DNA from: an uncultured Gammaproteobacteria bacterium
GTDB taxonomy: Bacteria > Pseudomonadota > Gammaproteobacteria > Natronospirales > JAJUFS01
Direction: 5' to 3'
DNA length: 64,000 nt
Assembly: GCA_964599565.1 (NCBI GenBank)
Contig: CAZRFE010000003.1
Location: 10,379 to 74,378 of the forward strand
Part shown: piece after piece, positions 61,822 to 64,000 of the stretch
Numbering within the stretch: the stretch's first letter is position 1
Layout: each line of letters begins with the position of its first letter
The notes under the pieces: model-generated
The model's input: only the letters and a program-made list of their open reading frames with translations
The model's database searches: none
Told to the model about the DNA's origin: nothing
Translations under genes and position numbers: made by a program

Positions 61822-61850
61822 AAATTACCTTCCGCTGCAATGCAGGTCAA
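61822..61850 (-). promoter_or_regulatory. Candidate sigma-70 promoter for adk
   Basis: Minus strand: TTGACC (61850-61845), 17 nt, TAATTT (61827-61822), ~65 nt upstream of the adk ATG. Confidence 0.3.
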
Positions 61851-61865
61851 TGAAATCCCTTGAAA

Positions 61866-63563
61866 TCAGGGCGTTGATGCGGTGTTGCCGGCATGAACCA
61901 CGATCGCAGGTTCGCGATTCCGGTAGCGTGCACGGCAGCTCGCGCGGATGTCGCCGGCCTCGACGAGCAACCAGTGCTGGCGGTGGCGGTAACCCATGTC
62001 CGTTGCAGCAGCGGTGTCGAGACACGACCGGGGCACCGCGTCGCTCACCAGCAGGAAGCGGTTCTCGCCCGCAAGCAGCCACGCCATGCCGTCTTCCATC
62101 TCCGCGTCACGATTCCTGCGGAATCCGAAATGCGTGACCGGCCGCCCGGCGAACAGCACGTGCTGCTCCTTCCAGTCGACGAGCCCGAGCTGCGCGTCCG
62201 GCCCGATGCGCGCGGAAACATCCGCCATGATGGACGCCGGCGTGCGTGTCGCGTTCACCAGCGGCCAGGCATAGACGCCGACGATCAGCCACAGCACGAG
62301 GAAGTAGCCGCACAGTGCGTACATGCCGCGGCGCGGACCCGCAACGAGCGCCGCCACCGCTGCGAGCGCGAGCAACCCGAGCAGCGTCCACGGTGCGACC
62401 TCGTAGCGCGCGACGAGTGCATCGCCCGCCTCCGGGCGAAGCACGCGGTAATAAAGGAGTGCGAGCAGCCACAGCGCGGCGATGAGTGCCAGCACCGCGT
62501 ACGCTGCGCGCTGCAGTCCGCGCCGCTCAAGCAGCGCGCGCGCATGCGGCGCGGCGATGAGCGCGAGCGCGGGCAGCGCGGGCAGGATGTACACGCCGCG
62601 CTTTCCAGGGCTCAGGCTGAAGAACAGCAGCGCGAGCACGACCCAGCCGAGCAGCACGAGCGTGCGCGCATCGCGACGCCGAAGATCGCGCGCCCACGCC
62701 GGCACGAGCCACGGCAGCGCAATCGCGATGGGCAGCCAGAACACGGGGATGACTTCCGCGAGGTAGTACCAGAACGGTTCCAGGTGATGCCACGCCGAGG
62801 CGTAGCGCGCCGCCGTCTGCCGCAAAAGAATGTCATCGCGATAGGCGGCGTACGCGGGATCGTTGCTCGCCGCCACGACAAGCAGCATCGGCACAAGCCA
62901 GCACGCAATCACCGCGAGCATCGCAAACGGACCGGCGAGCCACCGCCAGCCGCCCGGCATCGGTTCACGCCAGCCGCGCGCGATGAGCCATGGAATGAAC
63001 GCGAGCAGCGGCAGGAAACCCACGCCCTTGGTGATCACGCCCGCACCCGCTGCTGCAAATCCCGCGACATACCAGCCCCACGCCGGACCAGTGAACAGGT
63101 GACGGCAGATGCCATACAGGCCGAGTGTCGTCCAGAACGCGAGCACGGCGTCGATCTGTCCCGCGCGCGCCTGCAATGCAAACTGCAGCGTCACGAGCAG
63201 GATCGCTGCCGCATGAAGTCCGGTGCGCGCATCCCACAACCGGCGGCCGAGATCGTGCACCAGCCACAGCGTGCCGAGCCCGGCGAGCAGCGACGGCAGC
63301 AGGAACGCAACGCGCAGCGAACCGGTGAGCGTGTATGAAACGGCAATCAACCAGAAGAACAGCGGCGGCTTGTCGGCATAAAGCACGCCGGCGACGCGCG
63401 GGAACAACCAGTCGCCGGATGCCACCATCTCGCGCGCGATCAGCGCGTAGCGCGGCTCGTCCGCGGGCCACGGATCGCGCAGGCCGATACCCGCACCGAT
63501 GACGATCAGCGCAATCACAAGCAGCCAGGCAACGTCCGGTACGCGATGCCGCAGGGTCATCAA
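61866..63563 (-). CDS. ArnT-like glycosyltransferase (GT39/GT83, PMT_2 type)
   Basis: 565 aa, ~12 TM helices; N-terminal DEPRYALIAREMVASGDWLFP...YADKPPLFFWL motif, typical of polyprenyl-phosphate-sugar-dependent transferases. Confidence 0.8.
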   Translation of the reverse strand: MMTLRHRVPDVAWLLVIALIVIGAGIGLRDPWPADEPRYALIAREMVASGDWLFPRVAGVLYADKPPLFFWLIAVSYTLTGSLRVAFLLPSLLAGLGTLWLVHDLGRRLWDARTGLHAAAILLVTLQFALQARAGQIDAVLAFWTTLGLYGICRHLFTGPAWGWYVAGFAAAGAGVITKGVGFLPLLAFIPWLIARGWREPMPGGWRWLAGPFAMLAVIACWLVPMLLVVAASNDPAYAAYRDDILLRQTAARYASAWHHLEPFWYYLAEVIPVFWLPIAIALPWLVPAWARDLRRRDARTLVLLGWVVLALLFFSLSPGKRGVYILPALPALALIAAPHARALLERRGLQRAAYAVLALIAALWLLALLYYRVLRPEAGDALVARYEVAPWTLLGLLALAAVAALVAGPRRGMYALCGYFLVLWLIVGVYAWPLVNATRTPASIMADVSARIGPDAQLGLVDWKEQHVLFAGRPVTHFGFRRNRDAEMEDGMAWLLAGENRFLLVSDAVPRSCLDTAAATDMGYRHRQHWLLVEAGDIRASCRARYRNREPAIVVHAGNTASTP

Positions 63564-63847
63564 TCCGCATCGCGCGATTGCGCGCGTTCCTTCATCACGA
63601 GATGCAGGTTGCGCAGGTAGATGAAAAGCCCGAGCGACTGCCCGACGATGAACACCGGATCAAGCAGGTGCACCGCATAGATCAGCAGCGTTGCGCCGCC
63701 CGCAATGCTGAAGTACCAGAAGGCATCGGGAATGACGCTGCGTTTCGCGCGCTCGCTCTGCACCCACTGGATGAGAAAGCGCATCGAGAACAGCGCCTGG
63801 CCGAGAAAGCCAAGCGCAAGCCATGCGTAGTCCTGGCGCTCCACCAT
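63560..63847 (-). CDS. Lipid-A-disaccharide synthase N-terminal (LAB_N) domain small membrane protein
   Basis: WLALGFLGQALFSMRFLIQWVQSERAKRSVIPDAFWYFSIAGGATLLIYAV...DPVFIVGQ matches the LAB_N pattern. ATG 63847 gives 95 aa. Confidence 0.7.
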   Translation of the reverse strand: MVERQDYAWLALGFLGQALFSMRFLIQWVQSERAKRSVIPDAFWYFSIAGGATLLIYAVHLLDPVFIVGQSLGLFIYLRNLHLVMKERAQSRDAD

Positions 63848-64000
63848 CACGCCCGCTTCGCGCGCGGCGCAGTGGGCGCTGAAAATTCCTGCTCGTGCGC
63901 CTCGCAGACGCGCTGCTCGCGGCGCAGCAGCCACGCGACGCCGAACAGGTCCACGATGCCGATCCACAGCCGGTTGTGAATGCCGTACTTGGATGCGCCG
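63847..64000 (-). CDS. Glycosyltransferase family 2 (polyprenyl-phosphate glycosyltransferase-like), C-terminal fragment only
   Basis: Own translation of the minus strand: ...GASKYGIHNRLWIGIVDLFGVAWLLRREQRVCEAHEQEFSAPTAPRAKRA*; stop overlaps the LAB_N ATG (GTGATG). The C-terminal TM region resembles ArnC/GtrB-like GT2. N-terminus lies outside the window. Confidence 0.5.
   Translation of the reverse strand, partial: GASKYGIHNRLWIGIVDLFGVAWLLRREQRVCEAHEQEFSAPTAPRAKRA

Overview
GC-rich (about two-thirds G+C by eye) gammaproteobacterial chromosome segment, densely packed with about 70 genes, nearly all core housekeeping genes in well-known syntenic blocks. Order: start of the dcw cluster (murE-ftsI-ftsL-rsmH-mraZ, minus strand) with a textbook Pmra promoter and MraZ boxes; RNase P RNA; rsmI / lpoA-yraN-diaA; sspAB; petABC (bc1 complex); degS/algW-like protease; murA-ibaG; yrbG-kdsD-kdsC-lptC-lptA-lptB-rpoN-hpf-rapZ; mgtE; tkt-gap-pgk-pyk; metK and ahcY (the latter behind a candidate SAH riboswitch); thiD-thiE; hemL; ubiX-mpl; rnd; adk; an ArnT-like glycosyltransferase cluster. 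I found no rRNA, tRNA, CRISPR array, transposase, integrase, phage or recognisable defence genes. I could not find a clear novel multi-gene system. The most unusual items are: (1) adenylate kinase fused in frame to a ~170-aa Lys/Ala-rich histone-H1/AlgP-like tail; (2) a six-gene minus-strand block between thiE and hemL (membrane protein, HTH_34 regulator, small TM peptide, secreted beta-rich protein, two DUF418 paralogs) with its own promoter and palindromic operator; (3) a perfect TGTGA-N6-TCACA CRP/Clp-type site upstream of an orphan ParA-like ATPase, followed by a signal-peptide Bcp and a bacterial SET-domain protein; (4) a 54-aa rubredoxin absent from the ORF track, next to a MEDS-domain protein; (5) a TonB-dependent receptor with His/Glu-rich loops behind a small Cys/His protein. 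All functional calls rest on motifs and gene order recognised by eye; no database search was run. Many ORF-track entries are antisense shadows typical of high-GC DNA. Many real genes start downstream of the longest-ORF start, so I refined starts where homology or an RBS allowed.
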